Part shown: in pieces, positions 20,681-29,182 of the stretch
Numbering within the stretch: position 1 is the stretch's first letter
How the letters are laid out: the number at the start of each line of letters is the position of its first letter
NCBI GenBank assembly: GCA_964012435.1
Contig: CAXGSM010000001.1
Coordinates: 99,377 to 163,376 of the forward strand
Reading direction: 5' to 3'
Source of the DNA: an uncultured bacterium
GTDB taxonomy: Bacteria > UBP7 > UBA6624
Length of the DNA stretch: 64,000 nucleotides
The notes under the pieces: generated by a model
The model's input: only the letters and a program-made list of their open reading frames with translations
Databases searched by the model: none
What the model was told of the DNA's origin: nothing
Made by a program: the position numbers and the translations under genes

Positions 20681-21654
20681 TATGAATTAGTTAATCTTTT
20701 TAAAAGTCTTCTGCATAGCACTCCAACCATTTTTTTCCTATAACTTACAGGCATGGTTAGATTGTTGTATGGTTGAGCTTTTTTTTGAATCTTTTCAGAA
20801 ATTTCTTCAATAATTGAATTTGAAATTTTTTCACCCACGAATGCATTTGTTGTATCTTTATTTATTATTGGATAGGTTCCTATCGCGCCTAAAACAATAT
20901 TCATATCTTCAATTTTTTTATCTTTATTAATCTTAAGTGCTGCAGCAACCGAAACTAATGGGTAATCAAATGTGTCTCTAACTCTGATTTTTTCATATCC
21001 TGTTTTTAAGTCCATAGTTCTTTTTGGTATTTTGATCCTTGTGATTATCTCAGATTCATCCTTGAAGTTTCTTTTGATTCCATCATGGGTGTAAAAATCA
21101 CCAGATTTAACTATGCGCTTACCGCTTTTTCCTTCTAGTTCATATTTTGCATCAACCGCAACAAGCATTGGTGCAGAATCACTTGAGAAAGTCGCAACAC
21201 AGTATTCTTTTTGAGGAATGACCCTGCATTCGTCTGCTTCTGCTTTCAGGCATGAACCCAAAGAGGTTCTCCAAAAGGGTGTTTGGTTATAGAAATAACA
21301 TCTATTGTCTATAAGCACATTTCCACCAATCGTTGCAGTTTTTCTGACAAGAATGCTGCCAACCTGACTGCAAGCTTCAATCAAGCCAGGAAAATTGCTT
21401 TGTAAGATTTTGCTTTTTGATATCTCATCAAGAGTCACCATCGCTCCAATATTAAAATCCTTAATAGAAGTGGTTTCTTTAATGTTTTTAAGGCTGATTA
21501 AATGAGGTTTAACATTGAGTCGATTTTTGTAATTTTGAAGCAAGTCTGTTCCTCCAGAAACATAATCAAAACCTTCATTTTTAACCTTCTGACTTATTTC
21601 TATCGCCTCTTTGATAGAGTTTGGATTATGAAGTTCAAAAGGTGGTAATATCAT
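20680..21654 (-). CDS. hcrB: 4-hydroxybenzoyl-CoA reductase beta-like FAD subunit with [4Fe-4S] insertion
   Basis: GGTDL and ATIGGN FAD motifs plus RCYFYNQ..WR....CLK....C.V.....C four-Cys insertion characteristic of HcrB. Confidence 0.85.
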   Translation of the reverse strand: MILPPFELHNPNSIKEAIEISQKVKNEGFDYVSGGTDLLQNYKNRLNVKPHLISLKNIKETTSIKDFNIGAMVTLDEISKSKILQSNFPGLIEACSQVGSILVRKTATIGGNVLIDNRCYFYNQTPFWRTSLGSCLKAEADECRVIPQKEYCVATFSSDSAPMLVAVDAKYELEGKSGKRIVKSGDFYTHDGIKRNFKDESEIITRIKIPKRTMDLKTGYEKIRVRDTFDYPLVSVAAALKINKDKKIEDMNIVLGAIGTYPIINKDTTNAFVGEKISNSIIEEISEKIQKKAQPYNNLTMPVSYRKKMVGVLCRRLLKRLTNS

Positions 21655-24005
21655 TTCTTTTTAGCAATTGCTGAGATTATTTTTTCAGGTGTCATTGGAA
21701 GATTGCGAAGCCTTATCCCGACCGCATCATAAATTGCATTGGCTACAGCAGGCAATATCGGCAATATTGGACCTTCACCAGCTTCTTTTGCTCCAAATGG
21801 ACCTTCAGGATCTGCTGATTCAACCATGAAAACATCAACATCAGGCATCATTGTTGGAGGTATGCACCTATAGTCAAGCAGGTTTGGATTTTCTATCCTT
21901 CCTGTGTTTCTGTTATAGTCAAAAGACTCCATTAAAGCCTGTCCAAGTCCCATGTGAATACAACCTTCAATTTGACCTTCAACAGCGAGTGGATTTAATG
22001 CTTTTCCGCAATCATGAGCAGCCCACACCTTTTCAACTTTGACTAGTCCAGTTTCTGGATCGACCTCTAGCTGACAAACATAAGCCCCCATTGAATATGA
22101 AGGAGAAAGCCCCGCTGCAGCGCCTTTATGAGAACCTCCCATTGGAGCTCCTTTTTTAGATTCTTTGCCTCTTAATTCATTAACCCTGGGTAAACCAGGA
22201 TTGAGATTTGGAGCTTGGTAATGGCCTTTTCCATGTAGTGCCCCAGAGTCATGCAAAGCTTCTCTGACTGCTTCGTTAAAGCTAATCGATGATTTTGTCT
22301 TTGGTTCTATTATTTGGTCATTTTGAAGTTTAAGATTCTCGACTGGAGAAGACATTATCCTCGAAGCTGCATTAAGTATTTGTTTTTTTATTTCTTCAGC
22401 TGCTCTTTTTGCAGCAAGTCCAGCCATGAATGTTACTCTTGATGAATATGAGCCAAGATCTATTGGGGCAGTATCTGTATTTTTTGAGTATATTCTTATT
22501 CTCGACATGTCACATTTAAGAATTTCTCCTACACATTGAGCCAATACCGTGTCGGAGCCTTGTCCAATTTCTGCAGCCAAAGAATGAACAGTCACACCTC
22601 CATCAAAATCAATTTTTACATGTACGGTTGATTGAGGCATCCTTTCCCAATTAATAGGAAGAGCGCTGCCTGAAATATAAAACCCACAACCTATGCCAAT
22701 CCCTTTCCCATAAGGCATTTTTTTGAATTTTTTATCCCAGTTTGAAGCAGTTTTTACTTTTTCTATGCATTCTTTTATGCCGCAAGAAGTTATACGGAAA
22801 CCGTTTGCGGTTATTGAATTTGGCTCATAGGCATTTTGAATCCTCAAGTCGCAAGGGTCAAAACCAATATCTTCAGCAATTTCATCTATTAGAGTTTCTA
22901 CTGCAAATCTTGAGTTCACCGCGCCATGACCTCTCATCGCGCCTGATGCAGGTTTATTTGTGTAAACTCTATTTCCGCTGTAGTTGAAATTTTTTATTTT
23001 GTATGGGCCCAAACTTAATACTCCATTGTAATAAGTTGTAATAACACCAAAGCTTCCCCAAGCTCCACCGTCAATTAAAGCATCAATTTCAAGAGATGTA
23101 AACTCCCCATCCTTTGTTGCTGACATTTGCATTTCTGTTTTTGTTGGATGCCTGCCATGATTGCTTATAAAAACTTCATCTCTGTCAAATAATATTTTTA
23201 CAGGTTTTCCTGTTTTTTTAGAAAGTATTGCTGCTGCCATTTCGTGAGGAAAAGGATCACTCTTCCCGCCAAATCCACCTCCAACATAAGGCCTTATTAC
23301 TTTTATGCGATGCATTGGCATTTCCATAACTTCAGAAAGAGCTCTGTGAAGATAATGCGGAACTTGAGTTGAGCTCCACATCGTCAGTTTTTTGTCTGAT
23401 CCATAACTTGCTATCACACCCATTGGCTCTGTAAAAGCATGTGTGACACCATTGAATGAAAACTTGCCATTTTTTATCACTGCAGATTTTTTTAAAGCTT
23501 TTTCTACATCTCCAAAGCTCTGGTTGACTGTTTTAAATATATTACCTTCGTATTTTGACCAGGGTTGTATTTTTTGATCAGGATGACTTATTGGAGCTAG
23601 TGATTTTTCAGGCTTAAGTATCGGAGGAAGCTCTTCATATTCAACTTTTATTAGGTCGAGAGCTTTAATTGCTGTTTCTTCATCTGTTGCTGCTACAGCT
23701 GCAATTTGATCTCCTATAAATGTAACTTTATCAATTGCAAAAGCAGTTTCATCTTTTGTTATAGGCAGCACTCCAAATCTGTTTTCAGAATCTTTTGCAG
23801 TTGCTACTGCAAAAACTCCTTTCAGTTTTTTTGCTTGAGAATAGTCAATTTTTTTTATCTTGGCATGAGCAAAAGGGCTTCTCAGTATTTTGCCTATAAG
23901 CATAACCTTACCCGGCAAAACAATATCATCAATATAAACAGCTCTTCCGGTCACCTTCTGAGCCCCATCAACTAAAGGGATTTTTTTGCCAATTGTATGG
24001 CTCAT
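21651..24005 (-). CDS. hcrA: 4-hydroxybenzoyl-CoA reductase alpha-like molybdopterin subunit (xanthine oxidase family)
   Basis: STQVPHY, GGGFGG, AMRGHG, KIDFDGG, IGQGS, GSYSSRVTFM, GAKEAGEG; segments recall Thauera HcrA. Confidence 0.82.
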   Translation of the reverse strand: MSHTIGKKIPLVDGAQKVTGRAVYIDDIVLPGKVMLIGKILRSPFAHAKIKKIDYSQAKKLKGVFAVATAKDSENRFGVLPITKDETAFAIDKVTFIGDQIAAVAATDEETAIKALDLIKVEYEELPPILKPEKSLAPISHPDQKIQPWSKYEGNIFKTVNQSFGDVEKALKKSAVIKNGKFSFNGVTHAFTEPMGVIASYGSDKKLTMWSSTQVPHYLHRALSEVMEMPMHRIKVIRPYVGGGFGGKSDPFPHEMAAAILSKKTGKPVKILFDRDEVFISNHGRHPTKTEMQMSATKDGEFTSLEIDALIDGGAWGSFGVITTYYNGVLSLGPYKIKNFNYSGNRVYTNKPASGAMRGHGAVNSRFAVETLIDEIAEDIGFDPCDLRIQNAYEPNSITANGFRITSCGIKECIEKVKTASNWDKKFKKMPYGKGIGIGCGFYISGSALPINWERMPQSTVHVKIDFDGGVTVHSLAAEIGQGSDTVLAQCVGEILKCDMSRIRIYSKNTDTAPIDLGSYSSRVTFMAGLAAKRAAEEIKKQILNAASRIMSSPVENLKLQNDQIIEPKTKSSISFNEAVREALHDSGALHGKGHYQAPNLNPGLPRVNELRGKESKKGAPMGGSHKGAAAGLSPSYSMGAYVCQLEVDPETGLVKVEKVWAAHDCGKALNPLAVEGQIEGCIHMGLGQALMESFDYNRNTGRIENPNLLDYRCIPPTMMPDVDVFMVESADPEGPFGAKEAGEGPILPILPAVANAIYDAVGIRLRNLPMTPEKIISAIAKKK

Positions 24006-24517
24006 TTTGATTGCTTTCCTCTTATTTTTTCCGAAGCCTTTTTTATGGAATCAACAATTTTTATATATCCAGTACATCTACACATATTACCAGAGATAGC
24101 CTCTTTAATTTCTTCTTTTGTTGGATTCTTGTTTTCATTGAGCAAGGCAAAACTTGTCATTATGAAACCAGGTGTACAAAATCCACATTGGCTTCCTCCC
24201 TCCGTATGAAAGCATTCTTGGACAGGGTGCATATTCTCGTTTTCTTGAAGGGATTCAATCGTTTTAATTTTTTTATCTTGAACCTGCATGGCTAGTGTCA
24301 AGCATGACAGCACAGGTTTATCATCTATCAGGACCGTACAGCATCCACATGTACCCATATCACATCCCCTTTTTGTGCCTGTTAGGTTTAGCTTGTATCT
24401 GATTACATCTAAAAGTAGATCGTTAGGTTTTATTGCTAATTCAACAATTTCATTGTTTATGTTGAATTCGACAATTTTCTTGCCGATTTTCTTGTTTGGA
24501 AATGGAATTAATGTCAT
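24002..24517 (-). CDS. hcrC: 2x[2Fe-2S] small subunit of Mo-hydroxylase (HcrC-like)
   Basis: GTKRGCDMGTCGCC, SCL, QCGFCTPG, GNMCRCTGY. Confidence 0.88.
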   Translation of the reverse strand: MTLIPFPNKKIGKKIVEFNINNEIVELAIKPNDLLLDVIRYKLNLTGTKRGCDMGTCGCCTVLIDDKPVLSCLTLAMQVQDKKIKTIESLQENENMHPVQECFHTEGGSQCGFCTPGFIMTSFALLNENKNPTKEEIKEAISGNMCRCTGYIKIVDSIKKASEKIRGKQSK

Positions 24518-24558
24518 AAGTAAGTGCTATATGTCATAAGTAAGTGCTATAGTGCTAT
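24511..24558. repeat. Perfect 20-bp tandem repeat (x2) plus an 8-bp partial copy
   Basis: ATGTCATAAGTAAGTGCTAT at 24511-24530 and 24531-24550, then AGTGCTAT at 24551-24558. Confidence 0.95.
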
Positions 24559-24578
24559 TATAAATTTTATTATCACTG

Positions 24579-25373
24579 TTGACAAATATGAATAATTTTA
24601 ACTTTAGAAAAAAGGTTGTTTGCTTGTTAGAGAAAGGTAAAACCTTTGCTATTGCAAAATTAATCTTAGTAAATGGGCATGCTCCTCAAAAGCCCGGTAC
24701 AGCGATGATTGTTCACAAAGATAAAAGTATTGATTTCACCATTGGTGGAGGCCCTTTTGAAGCCGAAGTTATATCTGATGCAGTTGATTTGATTAATTCT
24801 GGTAAAAGGATTATTCAAAAAACCTATAAATTAAATATTAAAGATTTAGGAATGTATTGTTCTGGCGAAGCTGTTGTTTTAATTGAATCAGTGGAGCCAC
24901 CGCCAAAATTATTTATATTTGGAGCAGGTCATGTTGGTTCAAAGTTGGCAAAAATTGCTTCCAATCTAGATATCTTCAATATTTTTTTGATTGATGACAG
25001 GAAAGCTTTTTTAGATAAGCAGGATTTTTGTGATTGGGAGAGTGTTAATCTTGTTCATACGGATTCAAGATGGATAAAAGATATACCTAAAATTGAACTG
25101 AGTTCATTTTTGGTGATTTTAACTAGATGTCATGCAACCGATAAGATTCTTGTTAAGAATTACGCTGAAAAGAAAAAGTCTTATATTGGAATGCTTGGAA
25201 GTAAAAGCAAGGTAGTCAAGATGTGGAAAGAGCTCAAAAGTGAAGGTTTAGATCCAGAAGCGCTCGACAGGGTTCATGCACCTATTGGATTGAATATAGG
25301 TGGGAAAAACCCTTCTGAGATTTCAATTTCAATTTTGGCTGAAGTGCTAAAGGTCAAATCAAATTTACCTTAA
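24579..25373 (+). CDS. XdhC/CoxF-family Moco insertion chaperone
   Basis: G.APQKPG..M, TIGGG..E, LGM.C.G, FGAGHV, YIGMLGS, RVHAPIGL.IGG..P.EI.ISI.AE. Confidence 0.93.
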   Translation: MTNMNNFNFRKKVVCLLEKGKTFAIAKLILVNGHAPQKPGTAMIVHKDKSIDFTIGGGPFEAEVISDAVDLINSGKRIIQKTYKLNIKDLGMYCSGEAVVLIESVEPPPKLFIFGAGHVGSKLAKIASNLDIFNIFLIDDRKAFLDKQDFCDWESVNLVHTDSRWIKDIPKIELSSFLVILTRCHATDKILVKNYAEKKKSYIGMLGSKSKVVKMWKELKSEGLDPEALDRVHAPIGLNIGGKNPSEISISILAEVLKVKSNLP

Positions 25374-27026
25374 ATTGAGAAGCCTTTTCTTCTCAACTGA
25401 AGTCAGTATAAATAATATTACCAACTTTAATGCCGGCAAGCCTATACCTAAAGGCATCCACCAAGTGCTACTTTCTGTCATTAGTTTGTATGTTGAGCCG
25501 GAAAGTAATCCTAAACCTACGGCTGGAAGGAAGATTGATATCCAGGCTGGATAATTATCTGCAGAATCTAATTTTTTAGAAAGGGGTAATGCTGGATTTA
25601 ATATCGTGTCAAGCTTTATGGCCAAAAGACAATCAAGAACAAGGGACACTATCATTGATATCGTGTATTTAAACAAAAGAGGTTCATTAACCCCATGAAA
25701 AAGTAAATGAACTGTTAGGCCATAAAGGATAGTTATTGGTCCCAGGTATATCAACCATGTTAAAAACAGTGAGCATCTATGTATGAAAAGAGGATCTATC
25801 GGCAAGGAAAGAAACCTCAATCCACCATCTCCATGTTTAGCATATCTAAACTGATGAACAAAGCTTGTTGATCCCAGGATGCCAATTGCAGGTATCAATG
25901 CAGAAAAACCAATCATAAGCCTTCTTCCCCATGTAACCTGATTATCCGGACTTATTATGTGCGACATCTCTCCAGGTCTATACCATGCAATCAAGAAGGG
26001 TATAGCCAAAAGAACATATAGAGGAGGTATGTTTTGCTTTAACCTTTCCTCCCATTGGAGATGCCTGAAAAGTATATGCATGACAGCCCCTCTTTTGCCA
26101 AAAAACTTTGGCCAGAGCCTAGCAACTGAGTATCTCTTTGTTTTTCTTTTTGCTATCTCTTTGCTCAATAGGAAATCAAAGGATTTTATTGCTGGAATTG
26201 ACAGTATTGCTGACAAGATTATTGTTACTAAAGTTGTTAATCCATATTGAGAAACATATGATGGTAACCCATTTATGAATTCAAACATTACGGAAAACCA
26301 AAGTGGAGGCAGGTACCATGTGGCTGACCCAGGGTCCAGATCCAGCCTAAGAGCGAGAGAGTCTGTATGTCCAGTGCTTGACCATATAACGAATGCCCCT
26401 AGAACAGAAACCATAATCATGCTTGTTATCCAAGAAATATGAGGCCTAATTATTTTTAGCCTCCATAGTGACGAGTACAAAAGTATAGTGAAGGATTGCG
26501 TAAAGGCTGTAAAGAACACCGAAACCAAACAGAGCCCAATTATAGATTTTGCAATTTCAAAAATAGCTGATAAGTTTAAGCCAGAATTTATTATTGGTTT
26601 TATTTGTAAAAAAATGACTGATGGTAAATTAAAAAATATAGACCATATCACACCAAATATAAACAGTACAAAAAGTTTTGCTTTAGCAAAATCACTAGGT
26701 GATAGAGGCAAGGCTCTAAGAAGCAAGTTTCCCTGGTGTGAAAGTATCAGGTGCCCCATATTTAATGCCGTGAAGCCCAAAAGCACGAAGAAGAGAAGAG
26801 AAAGAGCAACAAAATTGGTTGTTATCATTGAACCATATTGCCAAAGTACCGAAAAAACATAACCTATTGCAGAGAGAGCTAAAAGAGGAATTAGAAAACC
26901 TATTGTTTCTACTGTTTTTGACTGGAGTAGCTTTTCGGCTGTTCCTCCAATTTTTATAGACATGCCTCTTCTAAATGATATAAGCTCCATCCTGAGGAGC
27001 GCATTGAATGAAGATCTTTCCTTCAA
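25365..27026 (-). CDS. Polytopic membrane protein, probable ABC-2 type permease
   Basis: More than 10 hydrophobic segments, two L..LP motifs, start overlaps the ABC ATPase stop. Confidence 0.7.
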   Translation of the reverse strand: MKERSSFNALLRMELISFRRGMSIKIGGTAEKLLQSKTVETIGFLIPLLALSAIGYVFSVLWQYGSMITTNFVALSLLFFVLLGFTALNMGHLILSHQGNLLLRALPLSPSDFAKAKLFVLFIFGVIWSIFFNLPSVIFLQIKPIINSGLNLSAIFEIAKSIIGLCLVSVFFTAFTQSFTILLYSSLWRLKIIRPHISWITSMIMVSVLGAFVIWSSTGHTDSLALRLDLDPGSATWYLPPLWFSVMFEFINGLPSYVSQYGLTTLVTIILSAILSIPAIKSFDFLLSKEIAKRKTKRYSVARLWPKFFGKRGAVMHILFRHLQWEERLKQNIPPLYVLLAIPFLIAWYRPGEMSHIISPDNQVTWGRRLMIGFSALIPAIGILGSTSFVHQFRYAKHGDGGLRFLSLPIDPLFIHRCSLFLTWLIYLGPITILYGLTVHLLFHGVNEPLLFKYTISMIVSLVLDCLLAIKLDTILNPALPLSKKLDSADNYPAWISIFLPAVGLGLLSGSTYKLMTESSTWWMPLGIGLPALKLVILFILTSVEKKRLLNLR

Positions 27027-27775
27027 AGCCTTTCTATTATTTCTTGCGAGAGGTCGAAATAACTTTTTTCTTGAGCCTCTTTCCTAAATAGCTTTTCTAA
27101 TTTTCCAGGATTTTTTTTGATTTCTTCATGATTAAGGTTGTGTTTTATTTGACCATCAATAAGGATTGTTACCTTGTCGCATACCCTTTCAACAACCTCC
27201 ACTATATGGCTTGAGTAAATGATGGTTTTACCTTGTTTTGAAAAATCCTGGATAAGGTCACGGAAAACTAATACTGCATTAACATCCATTCCTGATAAAG
27301 GTTCATCGAGAAGTAAAACTTCCGGATTATGAATGACTGAAGAGGATATCATTATCTTTTGCTTCATTCCTCTTGAGAAAGAAGACATTTTTTCATGGAT
27401 TACATGTCCAAGTTGAAAAAGATCTAATAGATCATCAATTCGTTTTTGAGCTTTAGCTCTGGACATTTCATGAATTTCACCAATAACATGAAGGAATTCA
27501 TGTGGTGTTAGATGCTCATAGATGGTTAACTCTTCTGGCACAAAACCCACAAGCTTTCTGGCTTCTATTGGGTTATTGTATGGGTCTATACCATGTATTT
27601 TTATTACTCCAGAGTCTGGCTTTAAAAGCCCTAGAAGAAGTTTTATTGTAGTTGATTTTCCAGCTCCGTTCGGTCCTAGGTAACCATGTATCATTCCAGG
27701 CTGCACCTTAAGGGATATGTCTTTTAAGACATTGTTATCGCCATAGGACATTTTTATATTTTCAATCTCTATCAT
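27023..27775 (-). CDS. ABC transporter ATP-binding protein (ABC-2 exporter type)
   Basis: GPNGAGKST, FSRGMKQK, LLLDEP, SSH. Confidence 0.95.
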   Translation of the reverse strand: MIEIENIKMSYGDNNVLKDISLKVQPGMIHGYLGPNGAGKSTTIKLLLGLLKPDSGVIKIHGIDPYNNPIEARKLVGFVPEELTIYEHLTPHEFLHVIGEIHEMSRAKAQKRIDDLLDLFQLGHVIHEKMSSFSRGMKQKIMISSSVIHNPEVLLLDEPLSGMDVNAVLVFRDLIQDFSKQGKTIIYSSHIVEVVERVCDKVTILIDGQIKHNLNHEEIKKNPGKLEKLFRKEAQEKSYFDLSQEIIERL

Positions 27776-27790
27776 CGTTATTAATTCTAA

Positions 27791-28015
27791 TTATTTTATT
27801 ATGCTTCCGACTCCAAGTCTATATAAGATTGTCAGCAACAACGAGATAATTATCATTGAAGATATCGGAATATATATACTTATGTTGTTTTTTTTAATTA
27901 AAAAATCTCCCGGCAATTTGAAAAGTTGTAATCCGTTATTTTCTAGAAAGTAAATTAAGGCTGAAGCAATCAGAAAGAAAATTGCAATAAACAAGCTTAC
28001 ACGAGAAAGGTTCAT
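27791..28015 (-). CDS. DUF2905-family small membrane protein
   Basis: KLPGDF.I......YIPI.SMIIISLLLT signature. Confidence 0.85.
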   Translation of the reverse strand: MNLSRVSLFIAIFFLIASALIYFLENNGLQLFKLPGDFLIKKNNISIYIPISSMIIISLLLTILYRLGVGSIIK

Positions 28016-28449
28016 GAGATATCCGGGAGCGTGTATATTTCAACTTCTAGCCTTGGAGGCTCACCTTGTGCGGCTATTCTTTTTTTGATAGTCAGTTCAG
28101 AAATTTGACCATCATCATGATATAAGACCCCATTCAGGCCATCTTTAACTGATTTTGCAATATTGTCTGCATCAGGCCTTTTTGCATGATGTCTTTCGAG
28201 TCTTGGATTTGTTTTTCTGTATTGACTTTTTGGACATGGGAAATAAGCTGTAATGTTTAGACCTATCGCACCTTCCATTAAATTTTTAAAGTTTATTTTT
28301 TCAAGCTCTTTTTTTGCTATATATGAAATATCAGCTTTATAAACCCTGCTGGCTTGAGGGTCAACAGCAGATACATATTTGCCTCTTCTGTAAAATCTAG
28401 GCCTACCTTGAGCTACGGGCTTTCCAGGAATTGTAAATCGCACTCTCAT
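28012..28449 (-). CDS. rusA: RusA-family Holliday junction resolvase
   Basis: GKPVAQGRPRF, KRPDADNIAK..KDGL and DD.QI catalytic motifs. Confidence 0.93.
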   Translation of the reverse strand: MRVRFTIPGKPVAQGRPRFYRRGKYVSAVDPQASRVYKADISYIAKKELEKINFKNLMEGAIGLNITAYFPCPKSQYRKTNPRLERHHAKRPDADNIAKSVKDGLNGVLYHDDGQISELTIKKRIAAQGEPPRLEVEIYTLPDIS

Positions 28450-29180
28450 AGGGCCTCTTCATCAATATCCAAATTTGTCCATACACAATTTACATCATCA
28501 AGATCTTCAAGCTGTTCCAGAAGTTCAATAATTGATTTTTGTTTCTCCTTGTTTGCAATCAGGCTTTCTGGATCAAAGATTATTCTTGTTGTCGTCTTGC
28601 TTTCCGTTTCTTTTTTTAAAGCTTCGTTTGCTTCGGATGTTAGATTTAACGGAACGGTAACAATTGTTTCATTTTGAAAATTTTCAACTTTTAAATAATC
28701 TTCAATTCCTGAATTTATAAGCATTTCCAGAATTTTTTCTTCATTTATCTTTTTAAAAATTTTAATCATTCCACATTTTTTAAAAAGATATGAAACTGCT
28801 CCTGAGCTTGCAAGGCTCCCGCCTTTTTTATTTAAAACTGTTCTAACTTCAGCAGCAGCTCTGTTTTTATTATCTGTCATTATTTCTATAAGTATTCCAA
28901 CTCCACCTGGAGCGTAAGCTTCATAAAGAGCTTTTTCAAAAGAGTTTGCCTCAGAGCTTTGAGCTGCTTTTATTGATGATTTTATTTTGTCTTTTGGGAA
29001 GTTTATTTCCTTTGCTCTTTCTATTGCTGACCGTAATGAAAAATTAAAATTTGCATCTGAGCCACCCTCTTTGACAGCGACCATTATCTCTCTTGAGACT
29101 TTAGCAAAAGCCTTGCCCCTCTTGGCGTCAACTGCTGCTTTTCTGTGCTGTATGTTTGCCCATTTGCTGTGTCCAGCCAT
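28446..29180 (-). CDS. yebC: YebC/PmpR-family protein
   Basis: MAGHSKWANIQHRK, YEAYAPGGV, TDNKNR, LEDLDDV. Confidence 0.97.
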   Translation of the reverse strand: MAGHSKWANIQHRKAAVDAKRGKAFAKVSREIMVAVKEGGSDANFNFSLRSAIERAKEINFPKDKIKSSIKAAQSSEANSFEKALYEAYAPGGVGILIEIMTDNKNRAAAEVRTVLNKKGGSLASSGAVSYLFKKCGMIKIFKKINEEKILEMLINSGIEDYLKVENFQNETIVTVPLNLTSEANEALKKETESKTTTRIIFDPESLIANKEKQKSIIELLEQLEDLDDVNCVWTNLDIDEEAL

Positions 29181-29182
29181 AA

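Noticed and set aside
24511..24558. CRISPR array or CIRCE element
   Set aside because: Repeats are adjacent with no spacers and no cas genes; ATAGCACTT resembles a CIRCE half-site but the copies are direct, not the TTAGCACTC-N9-GAGTGCTAA inversion
28012..28449. Prophage remnant suggested by rusA
   Set aside because: No integrase, terminase, structural genes or att repeats; the gene is coupled to housekeeping neighbours
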